Made by a program: the position numbers and the translations under genes
In this document: positions 49,762-62,177 of the stretch, in pieces
Position numbering within the stretch: position 1 is the first letter of the stretch
Layout: each line of letters starts with the position of its first letter
Notes under the pieces: model-generated
Databases searched by the model: none
What the model was told of the DNA's origin: nothing
Seen by the model: only the letters and a program-made list of their open reading frames with translations
NCBI GenBank assembly: GCA_013265495.1
Contig: MU057724.1
Location: 248,001-312,000, forward strand
Length of the DNA stretch: 64,000 nucleotides
Reading direction: 5' to 3'
Source: Vicugna vicugna
Taxonomy: Eukaryota

Positions 49762-49974
49762 CTGAAAGGAGAGCAAGTTATGAACATGGGCCTCACCATC
49801 CTGCCCTCCCAAGCCCAGGTCCTCCCTCACTTGTCCCCCGAGGATGAACACTGCGGGCTGAGAAGCGTCCTCTCTGCTTAGCTCTGTCTCATGAAACCTG
49901 GAACCCCAGGTCTCCCGAGACCCGCACCCCATGCCCCCATCCCGGCAAAACTCGACAGGCCTCCCGCACCGCAC

Positions 49975-50195
49975 CTGGAGGTCATGGGCACCACGTGGTA
50001 CGTCTTCACCTGCAGGCTGCGCTGGCTGCAGGCGGCGTCCTGGGAGAGCACGACGTTCATGACCTGGAGCAGCTGCTGGATGCGCTGGTCCTGCCGCAGG
50101 TCCTCGCCCCCCTTCACCAGGAAGGGGTACTCCCGCTGGTCATGCCCACGGATCACGATGCGCTTCGGCCTCCGCAGAGAAGCCATGACTCTCAC
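49975..50195 (-). CDS. PRKDC: PRKDC exon ~79 (kinase N-lobe); [19 protein letters not shown]...[14 protein letters not shown]...VVPMTS
   Basis: gaag|GTG acceptor, AG|gtgcgg donor, 221 nt. Contains the ATP-binding Lys in [12 protein letters not shown]. Confidence 0.97.
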
Positions 50196-50536
50196 CTTCA
50201 ACAGTTGGGAACATATGAGGTGCCGTCCAGAATGCCCGCCAACTGTCCCCACAGGGTGCACCCTCGGGGGAGGAGATGCGCGGGGCTGCTGTCGGGCGTC
50301 CCCGGCGAGTCCCCAGCTGGCTCCCTGCACGCACTTTCGACCACAGACATGCACACTTTACTCTGGGTTGGTCGTGACTGACGCAGAAAGACAGTGAATG
50401 TTCCGTCCAGTGAATTCCCACTCGACAGCTCCGTGCACTTGAGACCATCAGGGAAGTTAACTGTCCTGTCTTTGATGTCTGAGGAAGTGCCCCCAGGCCA
50501 CCCACCCAGCCGTGGAGGCTGGTCCCCCACACTTAC

Positions 50537-50604
50537 CCGCTCGTCGAACCCCGCGATCCGTGCGTGGTACTCCGGCGCCGGCTTCCCTCGGCCGTCGTAC
50601 TGCC
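50537..50604 (-). CDS. PRKDC: PRKDC exon ~78; [23 protein letters not shown]
   Basis: ccag|GG acceptor, CGG|gtaagt donor, 68 nt. PIKK PGQY motif across the junction. Confidence 0.96.
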
Positions 50605-51171
50605 CTGGACAGACCACAGGAGCTGGGCTTGGACGCTGCCTGTTACACACCCCACACTTTAAAACACACCTATCAATCTATGATGGTAACACTTTTTACT
50701 GAAAGTCTTCACTTCTAGAAAGTGGACTTCTGAAAAAAAGCTGTTATTTCTCAATTTGACTAACAGGAGTCAGCTTCCTACTCTGCTGGGGCAGACACAC
50801 CAGATGCAGGAAAAATAGGGCTTGGAGCTGCCACCTTCCAGCAGAGTCAAGCTCGTATCAGGCGGCTCCGTTTTCAGTGTTTTCCTTGAAACTCACAGTA
50901 TCTAATGCACAACTGTTAAAAATAGCAAAATGTTTCTCCAAATATGTTTTCTTATATCACTGGAATATGTCACCATATTAAAACATTTTTTGTCTGGCAA
51001 ACTGCAGGGTGAAGACACAAAATGTGGAAATCACACTGTGTTCACGCCTGACCACCGTGCTGTGTCTGTCCTGAGTGTCACCGTCCTTCCCTGCGTGAGC
51101 CATGTCTCGTCACCTTGTCGCTCCAGGTGGGACCAGCGTGCATCCCAGGAGGTGAGGGCACTACACCTGTG

Positions 51172-51451
51172 CAGGTGCACCTCGTTCCACTGCATGTCAG
51201 AGAGACCGCAGTTCTCACAAACTGAAGATCTGTAGCACCCCTCAGTTGTCAGAAGATGGTTAGACTTTCTAGCAATAAATTATTCTTTAATTAGGGCACA
51301 TATACTGTTCTCTTAGCCATAATGCTGCTGCACACTGAACGGACTACAGTACAGTGTAGACATAACTTACATGCACTAGGAAACCACCTGCTTTAACCTG
51401 CTCTGTGGTGGTGGTTTGGAAGCAAACCCACAGTATCTCTGAGGCTGCCTG
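51172..51451 (+). mobile_element. Short Tigger1-derived element
   Basis: caggtgcacctcgtt 5' end and gactacagtacagtgtagacataac...tatctctgaggctgcctg-TA 3' end. Related to 4237-4708. Confidence 0.7.
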
Positions 51452-51762
51452 TATCTTATTTCTGAACAAAGGTTATTCAGGGTGGCATGTGGGCAGTTTC
51501 AGAGGAAATCACCAGTTACCATTATTAGCAGATGGACATCTGAGCACTTGTTATACTCAGAAATGTAAGCTAGACGTTTAGTGAGTGTACTACTCACAGC
51601 AATTACAGATTTTCCTAATGATGACAAACATGTGGAATTTAAAATTCTTTTTAAAGCAAGAAAGAAACTGCCACGATGCCACGCTCTCGCTCCAAAATCG
51701 CCCTTTCTTGCTCCTGCACGACTCTGCTCCAGGCGCCCTCCATCCCCTGCAGGTTGGTTCAC

Positions 51763-51967
51763 CTGGGACCTCCAGCTCGTCTCTCAGGAAGTCCGCCTGG
51801 AAGCCACTCATCCAGGGTGAGCACTCCTGCAGGTTGCCGGGCACCCTCACGTCCCTGCGCATTTTGGCCAGCAGCGTGCGGGTGACAGCACCAAAGTCAG
51901 CAGGTGTCATGCTCTGGAGCTTGGAGCCTCCACTCCCAAAGTGTTTATCAAATTCTTTCCCAAAAGC
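51763..51967 (-). CDS. PRKDC: PRKDC exon ~77; [11 protein letters not shown]...[12 protein letters not shown]...ELEVP
   Basis: tcag|GCT acceptor, G|gtgaac donor, 205 nt. Confidence 0.95.
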
Positions 51968-53790
51968 CTGAAATTAACAATAATTTACCTTAAATATTAA
52001 CGGCTTGAAAGTCTGAAAAGGTTCTAGCCTTGTGAATACTTATCACAAACAGGTACCCAGTTACACAGGTGTTTTTCCTGTGCTTTTAAGATGGAGTTTC
52101 TCATCCCTTGAATGTTTCAGCGCACTGAAGCCCGCGGCCTGCCTACGGTTTGCTTCTCTGTGCCTCTCTGTGCCTCTGAAGACGGGCAGGACGGTGGTCA
52201 GCGTGACTTCCAGGCCCGAGTCCTAACAGGGACCTTAAACTCGGGAAAGCCCTTAACCCGTGTCCACTGCCCAGTCGCTGACCTGCACCACTATGGTAAG
52301 GGGTAACAAAGTACAGGATGAAGGGAGTAATCCCACAGAAATGAACCTAAGACAAGACCCTTCCTTAATGAGGACTTTTCAAGTCGTTATTCTGGATCAT
52401 AAACCAGCAGAAACATGATTTGGATAATTTATAATTCTAGAAATTAAGAACTTAACCTTGGAACGTACCAAATTTTGACTAATGGCGACTGAATAGTTGT
52501 CAAAATTTACCTGATCAACTTCAATTAAAATTTTTTTCCAAATTTAGAATGAATCCCACGTCACAAACCTGGTTTAGACAATGCACCGTGGGAGAAGTGA
52601 CCCGCATAACACACGGCTCCTCCCTGGCCTGCAGGTGGACCCAGTGTGCTGCTCGCTCACGCCCTGCTCCCTGGGCGGGGCTGCTGTGGGGCCCGGGATG
52701 TGTCATCAGGTGAAGTGCGTGCAGAGAGTTAGAGGTTTAGCTTCACTCTGGACACAGCCCTGGTCACATGCAGGCAACAGACAGCTCCTCCACTTGTCAG
52801 AACCGCCGGCTTACTCCTCAAGCTGAAGACGCCTGTCCCGGGGTCAGGGAGGGTCTAACTCGGGGCATGGTCTCCCCACAGAGCCCTATCCAGTGTCCCC
52901 TCCAGTGGGCAGGTGTCCCTTGAGGGTGAAAGGACTTCCAGGATGGGGGACGACCCGGCCCAAAGCAGTGATGCCGAGAGGCCGGCCACACGTGGGCACC
53001 GCGTGCACGAATGCTGGGGGGAGGGGGCCTCCCTGCAGGGCGTGAACCAAAGGCAGCGCCGTGCACAGCCGGGTGGGCAGCTGGGCACTGAGGTCTGTCT
53101 GCACAAGGCCTCACTGAGCCCAGAGGGACAAAGACGCCCCTCTGCAGAGACCACAGGGCTGGGTGACTGCTCCCTTGAGCTCCTAAACTCCTTGAGGTTT
53201 GATGAAAAAAAAGGGAGTCTGGCCAAAACGGGAAAAAAGAAATCAGCGCGACGCAGCCGGGAGAGGTGCGCAGGCAGGGAGGGCCGCCCACTTCCCGGCT
53301 GGTGAGGGTGCAGGCAACGCAGGGCGGGAGACAGGACGGGCAAGGGGAGGAGGAGCCTGTCACATCCAGACCCCCAAACCGACGCCCTTGCCCTTGTCCT
53401 GGCCTGTCTACGCCACGGCAGCTATGCTGCAGTTTTGCAGTCAGTGCCCCGCAGGGTCAGGCCACCCTCCACCTCCTGGGCACCAGAGTGGGCCTTCGAA
53501 GAGGGACGCACTCACACGTGGTCATTAGCCTACAGCTAATACAGGTACCATCCTCATTCGACATCCAGATCCTTCCTGTAACCTTCACACCTAAGAACCG
53601 GCCCACGGGGAGCAGAATGTAACACACTCCAAGGTCACCTGGGGCCCACTTGCCACCATCTGACCCCAAATCAGCCATCAGCATCTAGTGGGCAGCAGGA
53701 ATCTGAAGGAAGGTTACAAACTCAACGACACCTTCACACCAGAATCACCAGCAACCAGCAAACACGAACACCGGCCTGCATCATGCACAC

Positions 53791-53934
53791 CTGAACGAAC
53801 TTCCTCCGAAAAGCCCCGAGGCCGGGAGCGTCCAGGTCCCCCAGGGCCGCACGCAGCTTCCCGTACATCTTCTCGATGTTCTCCTTATTGACAGGGTTTT
53901 TTTCCAGTTCAACTTTGACATCCTCAGTCCAGTC
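53791..53934 (-). CDS. PRKDC: PRKDC exon ~76; [24 protein letters not shown]...[11 protein letters not shown]
   Basis: acag|GAC acceptor, CAG|gtgtgc donor, 144 nt. Confidence 0.95.
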
Positions 53935-54022
53935 CTGTGCAGAGAAAAGGAAGGTGAAGCCAGGCTGCAAGCAGGCCTACAAGGCTGCTCTACGCCGGAC
54001 TGACCGGAAGCCGCCACACTAC

Positions 54023-54110
54023 CTTGAAGAGCATCTCGGGGTCAGAGAGCTGGTCCAGGGCAGTAATGAAGTCCTGAACCACTCCCCTGCGGTCCAGCTT
54101 AACTTTAATC
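54023..54110 (-). CDS. PRKDC: PRKDC exon ~75; [29 protein letters not shown]
   Basis: Poly-T tract plus tag|G acceptor, AAG|gtagtg donor, 88 nt. Translated by hand (not in the ORF track). Confidence 0.93.
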
Positions 54111-54940
54111 CTAAAAAAAAAAAATTACCAAGTTTATGTGATCAAACTTCTTCCAAAGATCAAGGCCTGTGATTTTAGGTAGAGTTATGTTCATACACCG
54201 GACTGCACAGTCCAGAGACGGAGCAACTTAAAAATTCTACCCGAAACTGATGAAGCACCAAGCGTGTATTCTACTAAGAGGTGAAGTTCTTAGTAACAGT
54301 AAATCCTCCTGCGGACGATCCACGTTTTGGTGCGTACAGTCTGACTCTTAAATGTCTCTGAAGTTCTGTTACGAGAGAAAAGGCCCCCTTCTGGACACAC
54401 TTTCAGACCTTCCCCATTTTCCTTTTAAGGCACTGGTTGCGCTCAGCTGCCTCTGCTGAGACGGTGACGGGCAGGGCACTGCAGGGTGGACAGTGTGCAC
54501 AGCCAGCCCTCCACGCCGGGACAGGCGCTGAGCCTTTCTCCACCCCGTCTGCTCAGGAGAACGAGGCCAGTCGGCTCTGGCCAGAGAAGGGCAGCTAAAA
54601 CACTGTGCGTCCACCAGGCTCGCCTGCTCTGCCCCGGTCCCCATGCGAGCATCACCCGCAGTAGTGATGGGACGGCCTCAGGGGCCTCCCTGAGCCCCAG
54701 CCAAGCGCTCCTCTCCGTCTGAACCGCAGGCCACTGAGGATGAGCGTCAGGGCAGGGCACTTCCTAGAGAAGGTTCTAAGGTGAAGTGTGTTTACCAAAG
54801 GGAAGAAATCCCACAGTGAATAACCCCCGGGGCAGAGGACCCCAGACCTGCCCTCGGATAAGGCACTCACTCCCCTGGCCTGCTGACCCCGCAGTCTTTA
54901 TGGCCCTGTGGGGTCCCATCACCCTGACTCCTTGTGTCAC

Positions 54941-55152
54941 CTTGCCACGAACTCCTCATTCTTCCGACCAGCCGCAGTGTCCTGGAAGGAGTAGCTTTCG
55001 CTGCTGATGATGAGCGGGTAGACGAGCGCCTGTGGGTAGTGGTCAGCGATGGCCTCCACGGGGTGCTGGACGGCCACAGCTTCCTCCTTGTCCAGCAGGG
55101 CCACCAAGTGGCTGACCCAGCCAATGAGCTGCCAGCAGGGGACGGACGAGAC
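54941..55152 (-). CDS. PRKDC: PRKDC exon ~74; [22 protein letters not shown]...KNEEFVA
   Basis: acag|GTC acceptor, AG|gtgaca donor, 212 nt. Confidence 0.95.
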
Positions 55153-56039
55153 CTGTAACGGGGGGGCCTTTATCATCCTTTCCTCACAAAAGTGTTATAT
55201 CTGAAATCGAAGTGCAGACATGTCTGCATCCAGAAGTACAGACACAGATGGAAGGGAGTCAGGCCTCCGCTGGCCGGCCGCTCTGGGCTGCACCTCGTTC
55301 CTTTTAACAACCGTACAGAACTCCATTTTCGTTCTAGTGTCTACAGGAATTTTTAGGGTATTTTCCAGTTTTTGCTACAAATAATATGACAGCGGACATC
55401 CCTAAGTGCGCCTCTCTGTGCTTGTGCCCACAGGGTAACTTCCTAAAAGTAAAAAGTAACTTGAACATTAACAATAGCAAAAAGCATCGCTAGATTTCCC
55501 TCCAAGAAGATTTCTCAAATTTTCACTTCTAAAAGCATTAGATTGACTGCTTTCCAAAATCCTTGCCAGCACTGGACACAGCCCATCTTCAAGCTTTATC
55601 ATCAACCTGAGAAGTGAAAGCTGACTTCCTCTGCATGTTCCGTCATTCCTCGGGCAGCACAGCCTGCGCCGCCTCTGACCGCCTTCTGCTGCTCGGTCTG
55701 CGTCCACGCTCTGTCTCTAGTATGGGTTGCAAATATTTTTCTCCAGTTTCTTTTACCTTTGTATATGTGGATTTTTTCATGATAGGACTAGACTGTTTTT
55801 CTTTACTGCTCCTGGATTTGTCTCTCTACTCCATGACCGTTTTCCAGTTTTGCTCAGGTTTTCCTCCAGCACCTTTCCAGATGCTCCTCTCACAGTGGAA
55901 CACGGGCCTCAGGAGTGAGCGCGGACAACGCCTGCCATGGGGGGAGGATGGCCAGGGAGCCCCACGCACGGCCACTGCCGTCGGGCGTTTGGACATCGAC
56001 CCGACAGGACATGTGTTTCCTCACACACTCCAAGTGCTA

Positions 56040-56189
56040 TTTTAATTTTATATATATATATATATGTATTTTTTTTTTGCTGTTTTTGGGGGGAGGTAAT
56101 TAAGTTAGTTATTTGATGGAGGGACTGGGGCTTGAGCCCAGGACCTCGTACATGCTAAGCACACGCTCTACCCGAGCTATCCCCTCCCC
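56040..56189 (-). mobile_element. tRNA-Ala-derived SINE with (TA)n in the tail
   Basis: Reverse-strand SINE body plus aattacctcccccc tail motif. Confidence 0.8.
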
Positions 56190-56902
56190 ACTCAACACGC
56201 TGTTCTTCTTATATATAAATGTGACTTGGGGAAAACTGAAATCCTAACTTAAATATTTCTTTCCTTTTGTTTGAGAAAAACCCACGTATACCGCATTTTT
56301 GATTTTACTTTACTCTCCTGCTGAGGACCACTGAAAACCCCACGGCTCCAGGCACGTGGAGGACTGCCTTCCAGAGCTCCGAGACCAGCGCGGCCTACAG
56401 ACCTGTCATGCAAAGTAACCGAGCCTGTCACCCTTCACACTACTACACTGTCGGCTCAGCCTGGCCCTGGTTTCCGGTTAAACACCCAGAGAATCACCAA
56501 GGATCCTTCCAATGGCCCTGGGGGGAGAGGCGGGGGCCCTCGTGGGCCCGATGACGGGTTGGGCCCACCGGTGCCCCCTGAAACGTTCTCCTGCTCTCGC
56601 TGCTCAACAGTGACCGGAGCAAAAGGCACATGGGACATCACAGACACAGCTCAGCCCCGACGTCTGCCCGGAAGCAGCCCTCCTCTGTCTCCCAGGGTCC
56701 TGGCTCAGACGTTGCATTCTTACCAACACCACACAGAACAGAACGGTGGGGAAGTGTGAACACTCCTCTATGCAGATTTAAATGACGTATGCTCTTGGCA
56801 GAGAGCGAAAATCAGTGGTCACTGCACACCGTCTGTGTTTGGAGGCAAATAGGACCCTGTCTTTAAGCTGTACTGTCCCCTTCCCGAGACGGAAGGACTG
56901 AC

Positions 56903-57063
56903 CTCTTCTGCCATCAGGCTCAGGGTCTCCTCCGGGTACCGCGCTATGATCTGCAGGAGCCTGGGGAACTTCAGCCTGGCCTCGCTGGAGTGTAACTTTA
57001 AAGCTTTCAGCATCCTGTCCACCACAAGGGCTGGGTATGTCCGCAGTGCTGCAGACTCAACAG
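56903..57063 (-). CDS. PRKDC: PRKDC exon ~73; [23 protein letters not shown]...[13 protein letters not shown]...LMAEE
   Basis: gtag|CT acceptor, GAG|gtcagt donor, 161 nt. Confidence 0.95.
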
Positions 57064-57579
57064 CTACCGGGCACAGGGAAGGAGACAGAACGGTCAACAA
57101 ACCCACACAGACACGAATCACAGATTTAACAGCGACCACATCTCCCCCTTTTGGCTTCTATTTTGTGGTCATCATTGTTCACTTTTTAACAACTACTTAA
57201 GCTCCACAAACACCAGACACACACTTTCAGGCTGGACAAAGATCACTCCTCCTGAAGCTGAACTCTTCACCAGGTATGCCTTCTGCACGAAGCTCAGATT
57301 TTTCCGGGGCTGGGAACGCAAGGGGCAGCTGCTGGTTACTGAATTTATTCCAGGAGCAAGAGGCAGACCATAGAAGCCAGTAAGGGCAAAGCTACAAGCA
57401 ACACATGAACGTACTGCATTTAGCACGTGGAAGGACAGATAGCTCGACTCCCTTCGCGCACACACCACGCTGCTCAGCAACATCCTGCCTCTTCTCTCAG
57501 AACACGTGTCATTTAAGACAAACAAGAAGCCAGAAGGACTGGCAAAACTCCTAAGACTCTGCGCTAACACGACACTCAC

Positions 57580-57760
57580 CTGACGTGCCCTCCTCCTCCC
57601 TGCGGAGCTGCTGGTCACAGAAATCCACCAGCGTCATGTAAGCATCTGTCACCTCGGTTGCAGGCCCCTGGCCCCAGGTGGAAGGCCCGGCCTCCTCCTC
57701 AGCTGTCCGCGCGGCCTCAGAAAGGTGGTGGAACGCTCTCTGGTACAGACCCGCGATCAC
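57580..57760 (-). CDS. PRKDC: PRKDC exon ~72; [16 protein letters not shown]...[22 protein letters not shown]
   Basis: gcag|GTG acceptor, G|gtgagt donor, 181 nt. Confidence 0.95.
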
Positions 57761-58374
57761 CTGCAATCCAGAGACCCAGCGCCCTGTGAGAGGGCCTGAC
57801 ACTCTTGGAAGGGCTCTGCTTCCTGCCTGTGACCCATGGGCCGTAAATACACGAAAGCTGGCTACGCGCAGAAGCTAGGGCTGCCCAGCTGGGGGTAGGC
57901 GAGAGGCCAGTGCGATTGCAGCCCTGAGAACCACCCAGAAAGGGACCAGCCCAGTGTGGGCCCCACAGCCCCTTAGGAAGGGCTGGGGGCCCTGTGGAGG
58001 CAGGAGACACGGACACAGCTGAAGTGGGGCGCGCCCCAGCTGGGAGCGTCGGCACGGCCATCTGAGAAGAGCACACGAGGCCGGCACCAGTTAAAAAGCG
58101 GTAAAGGCCGGACTCCCCACACGGCATCGGCCCGGCTCAAGGGCAATTCCACGGACAGATTCGTGGAAGAGCTGTCCACATCAATCCAACACAGGCTTCT
58201 CATTTTTCACACACACAAGAGATGGTATCATTCAGATAAACAGGAAACACGTGGAGTGTGTCAACTTTCCAACAAGAAACTTGGCTGCGTTTAGCTGTCA
58301 AGTGCGTTCTAAAAACACGAAGTGAGACGCAGCGCCTGCACGGCGGACAGTTGGGCCACACGCAGGGCCACTAC

Positions 58375-58565
58375 CTCCTGCGTGTCCTCGGAACCGCATG
58401 CAGAGAGCCCCACGACTCTCCTGGCCTCGCTCCCCTCCATCTCGGCCAGGCAGGCAGGCTCCCCGCGGAGGGCGTCGGCCAGGATCCGGTACGCAGTGCC
58501 CAGGAGAACGTTCCGGCTGCGGAAAGTCTGGCCGTCTCTGCTTGAGAAGCTTGACGTGTTCTCAC
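58375..58565 (-). CDS. PRKDC: PRKDC exon ~71; ENTSSFSSRDG...EPACLAEME...EDTQE
   Basis: acag|GT acceptor, GAG|gtagtg donor, 191 nt, phase consistent. Confidence 0.9.
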
Positions 58566-58798
58566 CTGTTGCATGAAACACACACACACACGACTTTTTC
58601 AGAAGTGAGTACTGTAATTTAAAAAGAAGGTATTCATAGCACAAAAATTGTTTTGTATTAAGAAACTAATAAAGTCTTGAAGGTTAAGAAACTAACTTCA
58701 GACACTGGTGAGGAAATTCCTGAATTCACTGATGACAGGTGTTCTCTGCCCATAGCAGTGACCAGAGTCCAGAGGCTCAACCATTACAACACTGAACA

Positions 58799-58925
58799 GG
58801 GGAGGGCACGGTTCAGTGGCAGAGCATGTGCTTAGCGTGCACAGGGTCCTGGGTTCAGTTCCCCAGTCCCTCCATTAAAAAATCATAATAAATACATAAA
58901 CCTAATTACCCCACCAAAAAAAATA
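58799..58925 (+). mobile_element. tRNA-Ala-derived SINE
   Basis: ggggagggcacggttcagtggcagagcatgtgcttagc...ctgggttcag plus aaacctaattacccc tail. Confidence 0.83.
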
Positions 58926-59762
58926 CTTTAAAAAATTTTTTTAAATCCCTGAAACTTTTATTTAAGCGTCATCCTGCATTTTGTCAAAACACCTCCCACT
59001 GTCACAGAGCCCACAAAGGCTCCCACGTGCTTGTGCGCACACGCTGGTAATCCCGCTTTTAAACTGACGTGTGGCCTTCAGCGAGACTGGCAGGCAGAGG
59101 TCCAGGACCACGTTCGACACCCAGCAAGCCCCACCGGCCACACTGCCCGCCCGCCTGTGGGCTGACCGTCCCCGGCCAGACACAGCCCTCGGACGCGTGA
59201 TCATCGGGACCCCTGCTCGTTTCACACGGCTGTTACCAACCACAGCCAACTACTCCCATGAGAACCGACTGTCCTCTTGACTCAGCAAACGCTCCTCCTC
59301 CCCCTTCCCAACGGCCGGATGCCTCTCCCATCCTGGGGTCCGCGTGGAAGGTGCGTCTCTGTCTGCACTGCAGGCAGGCTGACTCTGGCCCTCACAGCAC
59401 CCGCCCCGCAGGATGGAGTCTGGGCCAGGCTGGGCACTCGCTCAGCGGGGCCTGCTGGGCAACCGGGACACACACACGAGACCTGGGCTCCCCCACACCC
59501 TCAGCTGTAAAGGCCACGTCGTCGCAGACGGAGCACTGAGGAGGAAGAAGGCTTTCCTGGTACCTTTCTAGGCAGCTCTTGCATGTAAACAGAAAGTTCT
59601 CAGAATAATTAAACTGTAACACCCCAAGTCTGACTAAGCGTTAAAGAGAACATTTTTAACTTCCACTTCGTCTTACAGATAGAGAAGTAAGAGTTCCGAA
59701 AGCCTCTGGAGTCCAGGAGACAGGTGGACACCAGCCACGGAAAGGGGCAGGGGCGGCCGTAC

Positions 59763-59937
59763 CCAGCAGGGAGACGGTCCTGAGCGCCGTGCGGACTTGC
59801 TCGGGGCGGCACTGGGCCCGGCTGCGGCTGTGGCTGAGCCGGCAGTAGCTCTGCGCCCACCTCGCCAGCCAGTCCTCCCGCGTCTTTGCCTCTCTGTGCA
59901 GCTCCTTCAGCAGTTTCATGGCAAGTGAGAAATTGCC
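59763..59937 (-). CDS. PRKDC: PRKDC exon ~70; [23 protein letters not shown]...TVSLL
   Basis: gcag|GGC acceptor, G|gtacgg donor, 175 nt, phase consistent. Confidence 0.95.
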
Positions 59938-59999
59938 CTGCACAGTACAGGAGAGAAAGTGATGGGGACAATTCAGAAGTAAAATCACGGCCCAGGACT

Positions 60000-60830
60000 C
60001 CCCACCGTTAAGTTACTGGGTGTCTTTCTGCAAGTCGTGGGGACACAGCTCCCAGTCAGTGCAGCCCAGCGTCTTCAACACATTCATGCACTGAGCGACA
60101 ACCACACCATCTGGTTCCAGAACCTTCCGCTCACAGGCGCTTGCCCCTCCCCCCACCCTCCCTGTGCCTCCAGACCCGCCGGTCACACTTCCTCCCAGGG
60201 CAGCAGCAGGTGCGCCGGTCCTGTGTCTGGTGGCGCGTCAGGGCTTCCCCCTCTCCAGGGCTGAGTGCTGCTCTCCTGCACAGACACACACTGGATCTGC
60301 CATTCACCCACAGATAAACTCCCAGGCTGTTTCCACTTTTTGGCTATTTTGAATAATGCTCTTTTTGCTAATCTGAATGAAAATAAAGACTCCGTGTACA
60401 AACGTCTGTGTAGGTGCAGACCCAGGAGTGGCCCTGTGGGCACTGCCTGCCTGTCCGAGCAGCTCCATGCATCTCCACGGCCACCGTCCCCAGACCCCCG
60501 CACGCGGGACCCTCCCTCTGACCGCAGCCGTCCGGGTGGTGGGCCTGGCCGACGGCCTGCGGATTCTCCACCTGCTTGTGGACACTTGTGCGTCTTCTCG
60601 GGAGAAACGTCGATCCAGACGCTCGTCCGTTTCATGGCTGGGTTGTCTGACCTCCTGCTGTTTGGTGGCAGAGACTTCCTTGTGTCTTCTGAACCGCGTC
60701 AGGTCTGTGATGTCCACGTGACCCCTCCCCTCATCAGGTCCCTGCACCTGAGCGTCACCAGAGGCCCAGTTCTGAGCTTTACTGCGCAGTTTGTCTGTTT
60801 CATTTGGTGGTTGTTACTGGACGTCGTCTA
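60000..60830 (-). mobile_element. Old L1 3' region, GC-eroded
   Basis: Residual motifs (ttccactttttggctattttgaataatgct; peptide ALFKIAKKWKQP). Confidence 0.65.
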
Positions 60831-62177
60831 AATCGATGCCTCCAATTCTGCTTCCAAAGACGTTCTCCTCAGACCTGTGCCTTCCAGTGGCGGCCCAGCC
60901 TCCTCCTCACCCCTAGCGCCTCTGTCTGGTTGTATCTCCTTCTTTAAGTGGACGCTTCACACCGTTTTCACGCCCACCAGCGCCCAGCTCGAGACTCATG
61001 GTGTCTGTCTCTCTGCTCAGCAGTCCGTCTCCCACACAGCCTCCACCGCAGCTGCGCTACTCAGAGACCTTCAGCAACCTCCCTCCTGGAGGCTCCAGGC
61101 CTCCGTTCCAGGCCACGTACGTACGTCACAGTCCACCGCAAACCAGGATCAGGGAACAACCCTCTGCGCATGCAGACGCTGCTGTTCCCAGGGTCTCACA
61201 TTCAGGGTTCTGTGTGACTGGACTCAGCACCTTCCCCTCCTGCCATCCCGGATGCCTCCTCCTCCAGGGAGCCGCCCCCCTTCCTCCTCCACCCAGCAGT
61301 GGGGAGCACGAGTCGCCTTTCCTTCTGAAGCCCCCTGCACCCCCACAGCCAAGCGCCCTGGACCACGGCCAGGCCTGCTGCACCCAGAGCTCATAAGATG
61401 AAGGAGAAGTGGCCAGTGCTTCTGGAAGCAGCAGGACAGTTGGTGAGAAACTCTCTCACTACAGGAAGACAGGAAACATCCATGGCTGTTTCCAGCTTCG
61501 AGGCGGGAGCTGCACAGACTCACGAAGGAGGATCTGAGACAAGAGCACGTGGAGAGACAGACGGGGAGGAGCAGGTCCTCGGGAGCCCGACCCTCTGCCT
61601 TCCCGCAGGGACTGATGTGCTGCTCTGGGCTGAAATGCACAGATTCCTGGCACAACACCCGCCTCAAGGAAAATCCTACAAATGAGCGTTTAAACCCACA
61701 ACACAGAAACAGTCATTATTTCCACTAGAGTAACATTCTGTGCCGTACAGTCGCCATCAGTGTAGGGTCACTGGAGGAGCAAGCTCCCCCGGAACATTCT
61801 AAGAGGGTTTAACTACATGAAAAACAGTTTAATACACCAGACAGTTTATGTGCAACTTTTAAGCAAAGCACACTTATATCAAGAAGGGAATCTTATCAAA
61901 TGATACACTTCCACAAACTAAAGCTAAACACAATTTATACCTAACTGGTGAGCATTCACTTACCAAGCCTGGTACTAGGTTTTCTTTCTAAGTAACAGGA
62001 AACAATCACTGTGAAGTGGTTAATAGGTAGACGATAAACTCTTAGAGGCTTTCTGTAAAATTTGAAGTGTTTCCTCAAGTTCACTTTCCCATAAAGGCAG
62101 CACACGGACTGCGCAGCTGTCCCTGGCCTGACGGAAGGACACTGAAGCCCTGGCCCAGCGGAGGACAGAGGGCCCAC

